From a virus, in the IMG/VR virus record IMGVR_UViG_3300049043_000133, positions 1-64,000 of that record: a stretch of DNA of 64,000 nt. One strand, written 5' to 3'. The notes below the pieces were generated by a model. It ran no database searches and was not told the DNA's origin. It was given only the letters and a program-made list of their open reading frames with translations. Below, in pieces: positions 1 to 9,888 of the stretch. The stretch's first letter is position 1. Each line of letters opens with the position of its first letter. The translations under genes were made by a program, and so were the position numbers.

Positions 1-51
1 AAGTATGCTGGTGCTTATGTAAAGGAACCTAACCCAGGTAAGTATGATTGG
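1..51 (+). repeat. Direct repeat copy 1 (~51 bp)
   Basis: aagtatgctggtgcttatgtaaaggaacctaacccaggtaagtatgattgg recurs at 1147-1198 with one extra t. Confidence 0.95.
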
Positions 52-356
52 ATTTTGTCGTTAGATTTGACATCTCTATATCCTTCCCTTATTATGCAAT
101 ATAATATTTCTCCAAAACTCTTCTTGATGAAAAATATCCAGGAGTAACTGTTGACAAATTATTAAATAAAGAAATTATTATTGAAAATGTTGGGGGGAAG
201 TGTGTATGTGCAAATGGTTGCATGTACAATACATCTAAAAGGGGAATATTTCCCGAACTTGTGGAAAAAATTTTTAATGAGAGGCAATATTTTAAAAAAG
301 AAATGTTAAAAGAAAAATCTAGATTGGAAGAAATTGAAAGCGAATTAAAGAAATGA
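1..356 (+). CDS. gp43: Family B DNA polymerase segment, divergent copy: motif A plus first fingers helix, ending in a stop (gp43A-like, 5' partial)
   Basis: Translates KYAGAYVKEPNPGKYDWILSLDLTSLYPSLIMQYNISP...RGIFPELVEKIFNERQYFKKEMLKEKSRLEEIESELKK*, with a frameshift near 115. Confidence 0.8.
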
Positions 357-360
357 AAAT

Positions 361-406
361 TGATTTAAATACTTTATAATATAAATAATAAAGAGTATTT
401 AAATCA
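361..406 (+). promoter_or_regulatory. T4 late promoter (TATAAATA 380-387) in the loop of a hairpin just before the HNH start
   Basis: Arms tgatttaaatactttat / ataaagagtatttaaatca; ATG at 408. Confidence 0.75.
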
Positions 407-407
407 A

Positions 408-1081
408 ATGAACTATTTAAAAATTTATTGTAAGATAATTAGAAATGCTGAAAAAGAAATTGGAAAAGAAAAAATATTGATTTTTATATTGAAGAGCATC
501 ATACTTTTCCAATTTCAATTTATGGAAAAAATGATAGGATAGTTGGATTGACTCCAAGAGAACATTTTTTAGCACATTGGTTACTTTACAAAATTTGTTT
601 AAAAAGATATGGAATAAGAAATAATAAAACATTTAGTATGGGTTCTGCTTTTGCTATGATGTGTGTTATGAATGATTTGCAAGAAAGAAATTATACTTCT
701 AGAAAGTATGAAATAGTTAGAAATTGTTTATCTACCATAAGAACTGGAAAATCAAGAAATGATATGAAAGGAAAAAATATTTTGGGGCAAGTGAAGATGT
801 TATAAGACGAGGTATAGAAAAAATGAGGGAAAAGAAAACTGGAATGAAACTGGAATATCCGAAAAATAGAAAATCTTCTCCTTGTTCTTCGGAAAAGATG
901 AAAAAAATATCAGAAACTAGAAAAAATACAAGAATTAAATTTATTTCTATGAATGAAGAGGAATTTAATTTGTGGATTTCTAAAACAAAATCTTTATAGA
1001 AAGGATGGTGCAAGAAATTCAAACGTTACTCGCACACTAGTATGGAGAAACATTCCTTTGGAGAAATATTATGGAACTTGA
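408..1081 (+). CDS. Free-standing HNH homing endonuclease (frameshifted)
   Basis: MNYLKIYCKIIRNA...IEEHH.FP...LTPREHFLAHWLLYK is the typical phage HNH signature; basic C-terminal tail. Confidence 0.8.
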
Positions 1082-2547
1082 TTATTCTAAAATTTCAACC
1101 GATGAGTTGAAAAAACTTCGCCAAAATTGCATTAAAAATATTTCAAAAGTTATGCTGGTGCTTATGTAAAGGAACCTAACCCAGGTAAGTATGATTGGGT
1201 TGTTAATTTTGACTTAAACTCACTGTACCCGCATCTTATTATGCAATTCAATGTAAGTCCAGAAACTTTGGTTGAAGAACGTCATCCTACGGTTACGGTG
1301 GATAAAATTCTCAATCAAGAACTTACTTTTGAGATGTATAGTGATTATGCGGTGTGTGCAAATGGTGCAATGTATCGTAAAGATGTTCGTGGATTTCTTC
1401 CAGAACTGATGGAAAAGATGTATCAGGATCGTGTCATCTTTAAGAATAAGATGATTGAAGCAAAAAAAGAATATGAAAAAACCAAGAAAAAGAATTGGTA
1501 AAGGAAATTGCCAGATGTAATAACATTCAAATGGCAAAAAAGATTTCTTTAAACTCTGCTTATGGTGCAATTGGTAATCAGTATTTTCGTTATTATAAAC
1601 TTGAAAATGCAGAGGCAATTACTTTAAGTGGACAGGTTGCAATTCGTTGGATTGAAAGTAAGATGAATGCTTACTTGAATAAGATTTTAAAAACTGATGG
1701 GGTTGATTATGTTATTGCTTCTGATACCGATTCCATTTATCTTAATATGGGTCCTTTGGTTGAGAGTGTATACAAGGGAAGAGAGAAAACTACTGAGGGC
1801 ATTGTTTCGTTCCTTGATAAGATCTGTCAAGTGGAACTTGAAAAGTATATTGAAAGTTGCTACCAAGAACTGGCAAAGTATGTAAATGCATATGACCAGA
1901 AGATGCAGATGAAACGAGAGAATATTGCTGATCGTGGAATCTGGACTGCAAAGAAACGATATATTCTTAATGTATGGGACAGTGAAGGTGTTCGTTATGA
2001 AGAACCTAAACTTAAAATAATGGGTATTGAGGCAGTTAAATCTTCGACTCCTGCACCGTGTCGTAAGATGATTAAAGATGCTCTTAAATTAATGATGAGT
2101 GGAACCGAAGATGATGTAATTAACTTTATTGATAAGTGCCGTGAAGATTTTAAAAAACTTCCTCCTGAACAGATTGCATTTCCTCGTTCAGCATCTGACG
2201 TTACAAAATATCAATCATCATCAAGCATTTATGCCCACAAAACTCCAATTCATATTCGTGGAGCACTTTTATTCAATCATTATATTAAACAGCATAAACT
2301 TGTAAATAAATATTCTTTGATTCAAAATGGAGAAAAGATTAAGTTTATCTATCTTAAGAAACCAAATACGATTCACGAAAATATTATTTCGTTTATTCAA
2401 GAGTTTCCAAAAGAACTTAATCTTGACAAATATATTGATTATGACTTACAATTTGAGAAAAGTTTTGTAGAACCACTCAAAGCAATTCTTGATGCGATTG
2501 ATTGGAAAACCGAACACACTGTAAATCTTGATTCCTTTTTTACCTGA
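1071..2547 (+). CDS. gp43: Family B DNA polymerase, C-terminal polymerase domain (frameshifts near 1148 and 1495)
   Basis: DLNSLYP (motif A), KISLNSAYG (motif B), SDTDS (motif C), KKRY, and the C-terminal clamp-binding LDSFF. Confidence 0.95.
1147..1198 (+). repeat. Direct repeat copy 2
   Basis: Matches 1-51. Confidence 0.95.
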
Positions 2548-3550
2548 TGGACTTTCTTAAAGATATTGTAAAAGAAATCGGTGATGACTTTACAAAGTTA
2601 GCATCTGATATTGATGAAACTGAAACTTATGTTGATACGGGTTCATACGTTTTTAATGCATTGGTTTCAGGTAGTATTTTTGGTGGTGTATCTGGGAATA
2701 AGATTACTGCTATTGCTGGAGAGTCTTCTACTGGAAAGACTTTTTCTCTCTCGCAGTGGTTAAGAACTTTCTTGATACTCATCCCGATGGTTACTGCCTC
2801 TACTTTGATACTGAAGCTGCTATCACTAAATCACTTTTAGAAAGTCGTGGAGTTGATACAACCAGAACTGTAGTTGTAAATGTAGTTACAATTGAAGATT
2901 TTCGGGGTAAAGCACTGAAAGCAGTTGATATGTATCTTAAAAAACCTGTAGAAGAACGCAAACCTTGTATGTTTGTGTTAGACTCTTTAGGAATGCTTTC
3001 TACAGAAAAAGAAATCACTGATGCACTGAACGATAAGCAAGTTCGTGATATGACAAAATCACAACTTGTTAAAGGTGCGTTTAGAATGTTAACACTCAAA
3101 CTAGGTCAAGCAAATGTCCCGCTCATTGTCACAAATCATACATACGATGTCATCGGAGCTTACGTTCCAACTAAAGAAATGGGAGGAGGTTCTGGACTCA
3201 AATACGCAGCAAGTACGATCATTTATCTCAGCAAAAAGAAAGAAAAGGATGGAACAGAAGTGGTCGGAAATATTATCAAGGCTAAGACTGCTAAATCGCG
3301 TTTGAGTAAGGAGAATAAAGATGTTGAGATCCGTTTGTATTATGATGAGCGCGGTCTTGATCGTTACTATGGTCTTTTGGAACTTGGTGAACTTGGTGGA
3401 CTCTGGAAGAATGTAGCAGGACGCTATGAAATTGATGGTAAAAAAATCTATGGCAAACAAATTCTTGCAAATCCTGAAGAATACTTCACCGATGAAGTGA
3501 TGCAAAAACTTGATGAGATTGCAAGAGAGGAGTTCAGTTACGGTAAATGA
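2547..3550 (+). CDS. uvsX: RecA-like recombinase UvsX (frameshift ~2745)
   Basis: GESSTGKT Walker A; DSLGML; MGGGSGLKYAAS. Confidence 0.95.
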
Positions 3551-4089
3551 TTAAGATTCTAAAGGCAGGAATCAACGTAAACAAAGTCGTAGACCAACTT
3601 AAAAAGTACCCACAAGACTGGGATCATCAGAAACATCTTAAGGATTCTCAGTCCTTAGTTGATAGAGGATTTGCTGACTTGCCTGTAAGTTCATTGCAAC
3701 TTATAATGGGTGGAGTTAAAAGCAAAGAGGACTTTGTTGGAGATTCTAATATCAATATCAAAACTCCTGCATATGAGCATCATAGTGAAATCAGAAAGAT
3801 TATTCGTAAGCACTTTGGAAATAGAGAGATACATCGTTGCGGATTTCTCTCATTACCTGTTGATGAAATCGTAGGAGCACATATTGATGAAGGAACTTAT
3901 TATCTAACAAGAGATAGATATCACCTTTCTATTTTGGGAAGATATCAATATTTCTGTGGAACTGACACAGTAATTGTTGAACCAGGAACTCTCCTTTGGT
4001 TTAATAATAAACTACCTCATGGGACCGTTAATATCGGTGATGAGACAAGAATAACATTCGTATTTGATATGCCTCATGGAACAAGTTGA
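3547..4089 (+). CDS. 2OG-Fe(II) oxygenase, aspartyl/asparaginyl beta-hydroxylase-like
   Basis: HxD (GAHID), RYHL and WFNNKLPH..N.G..R cupin motifs. Confidence 0.75.
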   Translation: MIKILKAGINVNKVVDQLKKYPQDWDHQKHLKDSQSLVDRGFADLPVSSLQLIMGGVKSKEDFVGDSNINIKTPAYEHHSEIRKIIRKHFGNREIHRCGFLSLPVDEIVGAHIDEGTYYLTRDRYHLSILGRYQYFCGTDTVIVEPGTLLWFNNKLPHGTVNIGDETRITFVFDMPHGTS

Positions 4090-5454
4090 GTTTTTAATTC
4101 TTCGTAATCTTCTTCACAACGAAGAATATGTACGTAAAGTCATTCCTTTTATTAAGGCAGAATATTTTGAGGATACAAATCAAAAAGTTGTATTTGAAGA
4201 AGTCTTAAAGTTTATTCAACAATATAATCAACCTGCTACAAAGGAAGTCCTTTGTATTGAAGTAGAAAAGCGTCAAGATATTAACGACACATCATTTAAA
4301 GAAATCACTCATTTAATTGGGTGTCTTGATGATGTTCCTGCAGAGTTTAACTGGTTGTGTGATACTACTGAAAAGTGGTGCCGTGATCGTGCAATTTATC
4401 TTGCATTGATGGAGTCAATTCATATTGCAGATGGAAAGGACGAAAAGAAAAATCGGGACAGTATTCCTTCTATTTTGTCAGATGCTCTTGCTGTATCTTT
4501 TGATACTCATATTGGACATGACTATCTGTTAGACTATGAAGCACGTTATGAGTCTTATCATAGAAAGGAAGAGAAGATTGAATTTGATTTGGAATACTTT
4601 AACAAAATCACAAAAGGTGGTTTGCCTAATAAGACTCTCAATATTGCCTTAGCTGGAACTGGAGTTGGAAAAAGTCTTTTTATGTGTCACGTAGCAGCAT
4701 CAGTTCTGCTACAGGGTAAAAACGTCTTATATATCACTCTTGAAATGGCAGAGGAACGAATTGCTGAAAGAATTGACGCAAATCTTTTAAATATTCCAAT
4801 TCAGCAATTGAGTGAACTTCCAAAGTCAATGTTTGAGAATAAAGTTACTAGTCTTGCAAAGAAAACTCAAGGTACTTTGATTATCAAAGAGTATCCAACT
4901 GCATCTGCTCATAGTGGGCACTTTAAGTCTTTGCTTAACGAACTTGCACTTAAGAAATCATTTAAACCTGATATTATTTTTATTGATTATTTAAACATTT
5001 GTGCTTCCTCTCGTTATCGTGGAAATAGCAACATTAACTCATATACTTTTATCAAGGCAATTGCTGAGGAACTTCGGGGACTTGCTTGTGAGTTTAATGT
5101 ACCGATTTGCAGTGCGACACAAACGACAAGAAGTGGTTTTGGTTCTTCTGATGTTGAATTAACAGATACTTCTGAGTCTTTTGGACTTCCTGCTACTGCT
5201 GATTTAATGTTTGCTTTGATTAGCACAGAAGAACTGGAAGGACTTGGGCAGATTCTAGTAAAACAACTTAAGAATCAGATATAATGACCCGACCATTCAT
5301 AAACGTTTTGTGATTGGTATTGATAGAGCAAAGATGCGTCTTTATGACTGCGAACAATCTGCTCAACAATGATATTCTTGACAATGGTAAAGAAGAAGAG
5401 TATAATGACGAAGAAAGGAAACCCAAAAAATCATTTGAGGGATTTAAGTTTTGA
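4076..5454 (+). CDS. gp41: Replicative DnaB-like helicase (frameshifts near the 3' end)
   Basis: AGTGVGKS, TLEMAEE, IDYL, ATQTTR, SESFGLPATAD. Confidence 0.95.
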
Positions 5455-5501
5455 TTAACCTTACTAAAGAAAAACTAGACAGCGGATACATTAAATTTAC
5501 T

Positions 5502-5921
5502 ATGACTGATAATAAAGTAATTGATACCAAAAAGTATATTGAGTTTGTTCGGCAAACCACCAGTCCCGCAAGTAGTGATTTCGCACAACTTCTTGCTCGT
5601 ATGACTGAACTGGAAGCAAATAATGATGCTGATGTTCCCCGTTTATTGACTGCTGCTCTCGGTATGAGTGCTGAAGCAGGTGAGTTTACTGAAGTTATAA
5701 AAAAGATTATGATGCAAGGAAAACCTTATAATGAAGAAAATGTCTTTCATATGAAGAGGGAACTTGGTGATATCTGCTGGTATCTTGCACAAGCTTGTAT
5801 GGCACTTGATACTAACTTTGAAGAAGTCCTTCAAATGAATTATGAAAAACTGAGTGCAAGATATCCAGAAGGAACATTTGATGTATTCAGAAGTGAAAAT
5901 CGTGTAGAAGGAGATCTATAA
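5502..5921 (+). CDS. mazG: MazG-like pyrophosphohydrolase
   Basis: EAGEFTE...KRELGDICWY; usual cyanophage position after gp41. Confidence 0.9.
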   Translation: MTDNKVIDTKKYIEFVRQTTSPASSDFAQLLARMTELEANNDADVPRLLTAALGMSAEAGEFTEVIKKIMMQGKPYNEENVFHMKRELGDICWYLAQACMALDTNFEEVLQMNYEKLSARYPEGTFDVFRSENRVEGDL

Positions 5922-5938
5922 ATACTTAGAAAACGGCA

Positions 5939-6448
5939 ATGTATTTTTCTGAGTGGAGAAAACTTCAAAGAGACTGTGAGATGTTTAACATTTCGCAGTC
6001 TTTTGTTGCAGAAGGAATATCAAAAGAACACTTTGAAAAAGTCGTTCATTCATTCCTTCCATTTGTAAAGAAAGAACTTAATATCAAAGAACTTCCAAAA
6101 ATACATTTTGTCGATGATCCTAAGTTTGCAAAAAGAATTGCAGCATTTGGTCAAATTAAAGATAATCGTATTGTGATTGATATTCAAGGTCGCCAGACTA
6201 TGGATATTTTGCGAACAGTTGCTCACGAACTTACACATTATCGTCAACATAAACGTGGAGTAAATGGTAGCGGACACGCTGGTGCGCCAACAGAGAATGA
6301 AGCAAACAGACTTGCGGGAACAATTGTAAGAAAGTTTGGTGAAAATCATTCAAATTTGTTTGCTCTTCCGTCTGTTCAAGAAGCAAAAAGAAAAAGAAAG
6401 AAAACTACAGATATTGATTCAGATCATTATCCAATGGAGTTGGTTTAA
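5939..6448 (+). CDS. HExxH zinc metallopeptidase-like protein
   Basis: RTVAHELTHYRQ...ENEAN; TATAAATA late promoter just upstream. Confidence 0.7.
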   Translation: MYFSEWRKLQRDCEMFNISQSFVAEGISKEHFEKVVHSFLPFVKKELNIKELPKIHFVDDPKFAKRIAAFGQIKDNRIVIDIQGRQTMDILRTVAHELTHYRQHKRGVNGSGHAGAPTENEANRLAGTIVRKFGENHSNLFALPSVQEAKRKRKKTTDIDSDHYPMELV

Positions 6449-6478
6449 TTTATAAATAACTAAAAAGTATTTGTAAAA

Positions 6479-7085
6479 ATGGATCCTAAAGAACTGCGCG
6501 GTTTAATGGAAGCATACTCTGAAGTTTATGCTCCTCAAGATTTTGATGAAGCAAGAGCACCTGGCGTAAAACCATATAAAGCAGGTCCAACTCAAGCAGA
6601 AGTAAGAGCTGATGCTAAAGCAGCAGCGGCAAAAAAAGCAGCAGCAGGAAAGGACAAACCAGGTTATGGTCCTGAGGAAAAATTTAAAGATTGGAAAGAT
6701 AGATCAACTCCATCTTCAATGCTTAAAAGAAAAGGTGGAGAGGAAGAGACAGTTTCTCAAAGAATGGATAGAGAACATCCTTATAAAACTAGAATGACTG
6801 GTCCAATGGCAAGAGAATATGGAAGTCGTCATGCTGCTGAAGTTACTCGCGTTGTTAAAGGTTCAGGAGAACCACAAGCAGTTACCTATCCAAGAAAAGG
6901 TAAAGAAGAGAAACCAAAACTCTCTAGAGAAATTGTTCGTAGAAGTCCACAGTCAGAAGCATATGATCATTTATGATTTAGTTCTTTCACATCTTCTCGA
7001 TGAGGGATATGCTGATACTTATGAAGCAGCAGAAAAAATTATGGTGAATATGAGTGAAGAGTGGATTGCAAGTATCCTTGGATGA
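6479..7085 (+). CDS. Late hypothetical protein with conserved cyanophage N- and C-terminal modules (frameshift ~6965)
   Basis: N-terminal ELRGLMEAYSEVY; C-terminal YDLVLSHLLDEGYADTYEAAEKIMVNMSEEW. Confidence 0.6.
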
Positions 7086-7109
7086 TGTAATTAAAAAATA
7101 ATATTATTT

Positions 7110-7149
7110 TCCCCTCTTTCTAAATATATAAGAAAGAGGGGATTTTTTA
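7110..7149 (+). terminator. Intrinsic terminator
   Basis: cccctctttc / gaaagagggg stem followed by a T-run. Confidence 0.7.
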
Positions 7150-7152
7150 TCA

Positions 7153-8586
7153 TGGAGTTTAAATGCAGGGCAAATATATGAAAGAAATCTTTTTAATGAG
7201 TTGAAGAAAAATGGTAAAATATCCGCAAAATATTACTACCGTAGAGACAAATAGAAGGACAAAAGATATGTACTGATTTATAATAGACATGAAAGAATCG
7301 AGTGATGCAAAAAAATTTTGTTCAAAATAATGGCACAAGCATTAAAGTCTCAAGTCTAATTTAGTTGGAAATTCAAAATGTCTTTGATTACTAGTTTAAA
7401 AGTACTAAGACAAGGTGATTTTTATAAGATAAGTGATATTGATAATTTTTAAAAAAGTTTGGAATATTTTTACTTTATGCAAGTACTTATGATAGATGGA
7501 ATCCTTCCGATGTTTGGTTTTATGATGAATCTGCTATAAAGGAAATAAAGGATTATATTAAATTGATTCCGTATATAAAAGTGAACTCAATCTTTACAAC
7601 TTAGAGTAAGAAAAAGTCTGGCACTAGACAATGTTATGGATTGAATAAACTTGTAATGAAACTTTATAATGAAAAAAATTAGTTCCAATCTCTCTTAAAA
7701 AAGCAACTCTTCTGGAGAAGTTATTCTGCTAGAGTTGGATTAATTAATATCCACAAGATAAAGAAGGTAAACCTGTTCCACCTAAAGTCATTAATAAACA
7801 AAATTCAATAGAAATTTTATGGATCTAGTTATGTTTCTGGTGGTGTAGCAGTATCTGGAGCAAATGATATTCAATATGACATTGAAATTAATGTTGCTTC
7901 AATGGATATGAAAGGAAATATAACTTATAAAAAAGAAAAAGATTCTATAGTTTATAATTCAAAAGGAAAAACTCTAGGAGTTAGAAAGGAAACAAAATTT
8001 AAAGAAGCACAAGGTGGATCTTTGGGAATGAATGATGCAAATAAAATTTTATATACTGCAAACGGAGTAGAGATTAAATAAATAAGAAAGACGTTTTTAA
8101 TCAGTCTCTTTCTAGCGATTTAATTAGTAGTGGTAGTATGATAGGTAAGACTTATGAAGATAAACTAAAAAATTCTTTTGACTATATTGAAAAAATGTCA
8201 AATGAACTTGACCCATCTACAAAAATAAAAAAATGTTGTTTGCGGCAGATTCTGCTGTAAATAAAGAATATTTAAAAAATAAAAAAGTTTATGAAGAGGC
8301 ACAAAACAAATTAGAAATTGCTCTATCGTTAAATAAATCTGGAAAGGAAGATGAGATTATTGTAGATTTATGGTCTGCTATAACCAGTAAAGGAATAACA
8401 AACAGAAAAGATTATGAAAGACTTGTTGAGAGGATTGGGTGGGGACTATATAATAGATCTAAGAAGAAAGGGCAAAAAAGATTGACACAAGAACAAGCAG
8501 ATGAACTTGCTAAACAATCTCTTAGCGCAACAATAGTCGGAAGTGAGTCAAAAGTTCCTGGATCATTTCATATAAAACTATATTAA
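7153..8586 (+). CDS. Large hypothetical ORF, broken up by sequence errors
   Basis: Coding-like stretches with a clean C-terminal frame (8233-8586); many indels upstream. Confidence 0.35.
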
Positions 8587-8609
8587 TAAATACTTAGAAA
8601 CACTATAAG

Positions 8610-9881
8610 ATGAAGAAGTTTTCCCAATTTATTATAGAAGCAAAAGAAACAAGAGCATCTCAACAAGCTAAAAATTTGGGATTGGTTGGAGACGGTCACG
8701 GAGATTGGTATAATTCTCAGGGAGAATTTGTTGCAAAAACAGTAAAAGGAAAACTTGAATTTTTTAATAAAGGTCAGATAGTAGGGCAAAGAGATAGACC
8801 ACCAAAACCAGGAGCAGGAACACCTCAACAAACAGCACAATCACAGGCACAGGCAGCACAATCTCAGCAAGTATTTCCTCAAGTAGCAGGATCAAAACAA
8901 GAAGAACTTCCTGGTGAAGATGAATACTTAACTATTGTTTTTGGTAGATTTAATCCTCCAACAAAAGAACATAAAAAATTATTTACTGAAGCAGAAAGAA
9001 TTGCTGCTGGAGGAGAAATAAGAATTTATCCATCAAGAACTCAAAATTCTAAACTAGCTCCTTTAGATGTGAATAAAAAAATATCTTATGTAAGAAAGAT
9101 GTTTCCAGAGTATGCTGATAATATTGTAAATAATCCCGAAATGAAAACTATATTTGACGCATTAATTTCGGCAGATCAAGATGGATATCAAAATTTAAAT
9201 ATTATTGTTGGATCTGATAGACAAGCAGAGGTTCAAAATTTATCGAACAAGTATAACGGAAAGTTTTATGAATTTTCTGAGATTAATGTAATACCAACAG
9301 GTAATTTTGATGCTAAGAAAGATAGTTCTGGAATATCATCTGCAATGCTAAGAAAAGCAGCAGCAGACAATAACTTTAGAGAGTTTAATAGAGGAATGCC
9401 TAAAGGATTTGATGAAACTGAAACGAGAAGATTGTTTAATGATGTGAGAAAAGGAATGGGATTTAAAACAAATGTGAAAGAGAATTATAAACTTTGGCAA
9501 ATCGCACCTGAACTTGATTATAAAAATTTAAGAGAAAATTATATTCAAAATAAAATTTTTAAAATTGGAGATGTTGTAGAAAATACAAATACTGGATTAG
9601 TAGGAAAAATTATTCGCAAAGGAACAAATTATTTAATTTGCGTTACAGAAAATGATATTATGTTTAAGTCTTGGATTAAAGATTTGATGGAATATACTGA
9701 AGTCAAAATGGATAAAATGTATAGAGAACCTGGAAAACCTAATACTCTTGCTGGAACAACTGGATATTTAAAATATGCTGTTCAACAAACTCCGGGATCC
9801 ACTTTAGGAAAAGAAAATCTTCAAAAAGGCGGTAAGTCATTTTTAAGTTTCCTAAATAAGTATACGGTAAGAAGTAAGTAG
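8610..9881 (+). CDS. Cytidyltransferase-fold (HIGH-family nucleotidyltransferase) protein
   Basis: FGRFNPPTKEH, IIVGSDR, ISSAMLR. Confidence 0.85.
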   Translation: MKKFSQFIIEAKETRASQQAKNLGLVGDGHGDWYNSQGEFVAKTVKGKLEFFNKGQIVGQRDRPPKPGAGTPQQTAQSQAQAAQSQQVFPQVAGSKQEELPGEDEYLTIVFGRFNPPTKEHKKLFTEAERIAAGGEIRIYPSRTQNSKLAPLDVNKKISYVRKMFPEYADNIVNNPEMKTIFDALISADQDGYQNLNIIVGSDRQAEVQNLSNKYNGKFYEFSEINVIPTGNFDAKKDSSGISSAMLRKAAADNNFREFNRGMPKGFDETETRRLFNDVRKGMGFKTNVKENYKLWQIAPELDYKNLRENYIQNKIFKIGDVVENTNTGLVGKIIRKGTNYLICVTENDIMFKSWIKDLMEYTEVKMDKMYREPGKPNTLAGTTGYLKYAVQQTPGSTLGKENLQKGGKSFLSFLNKYTVRSK

Positions 9882-9888
9882 TATTGCA

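Noticed and set aside
7153-8230. Apparent long non-coding AT-rich region
   Set aside because: Contains coding-like stretches continuous with ORF 8233-8586; most likely a low-quality consensus.
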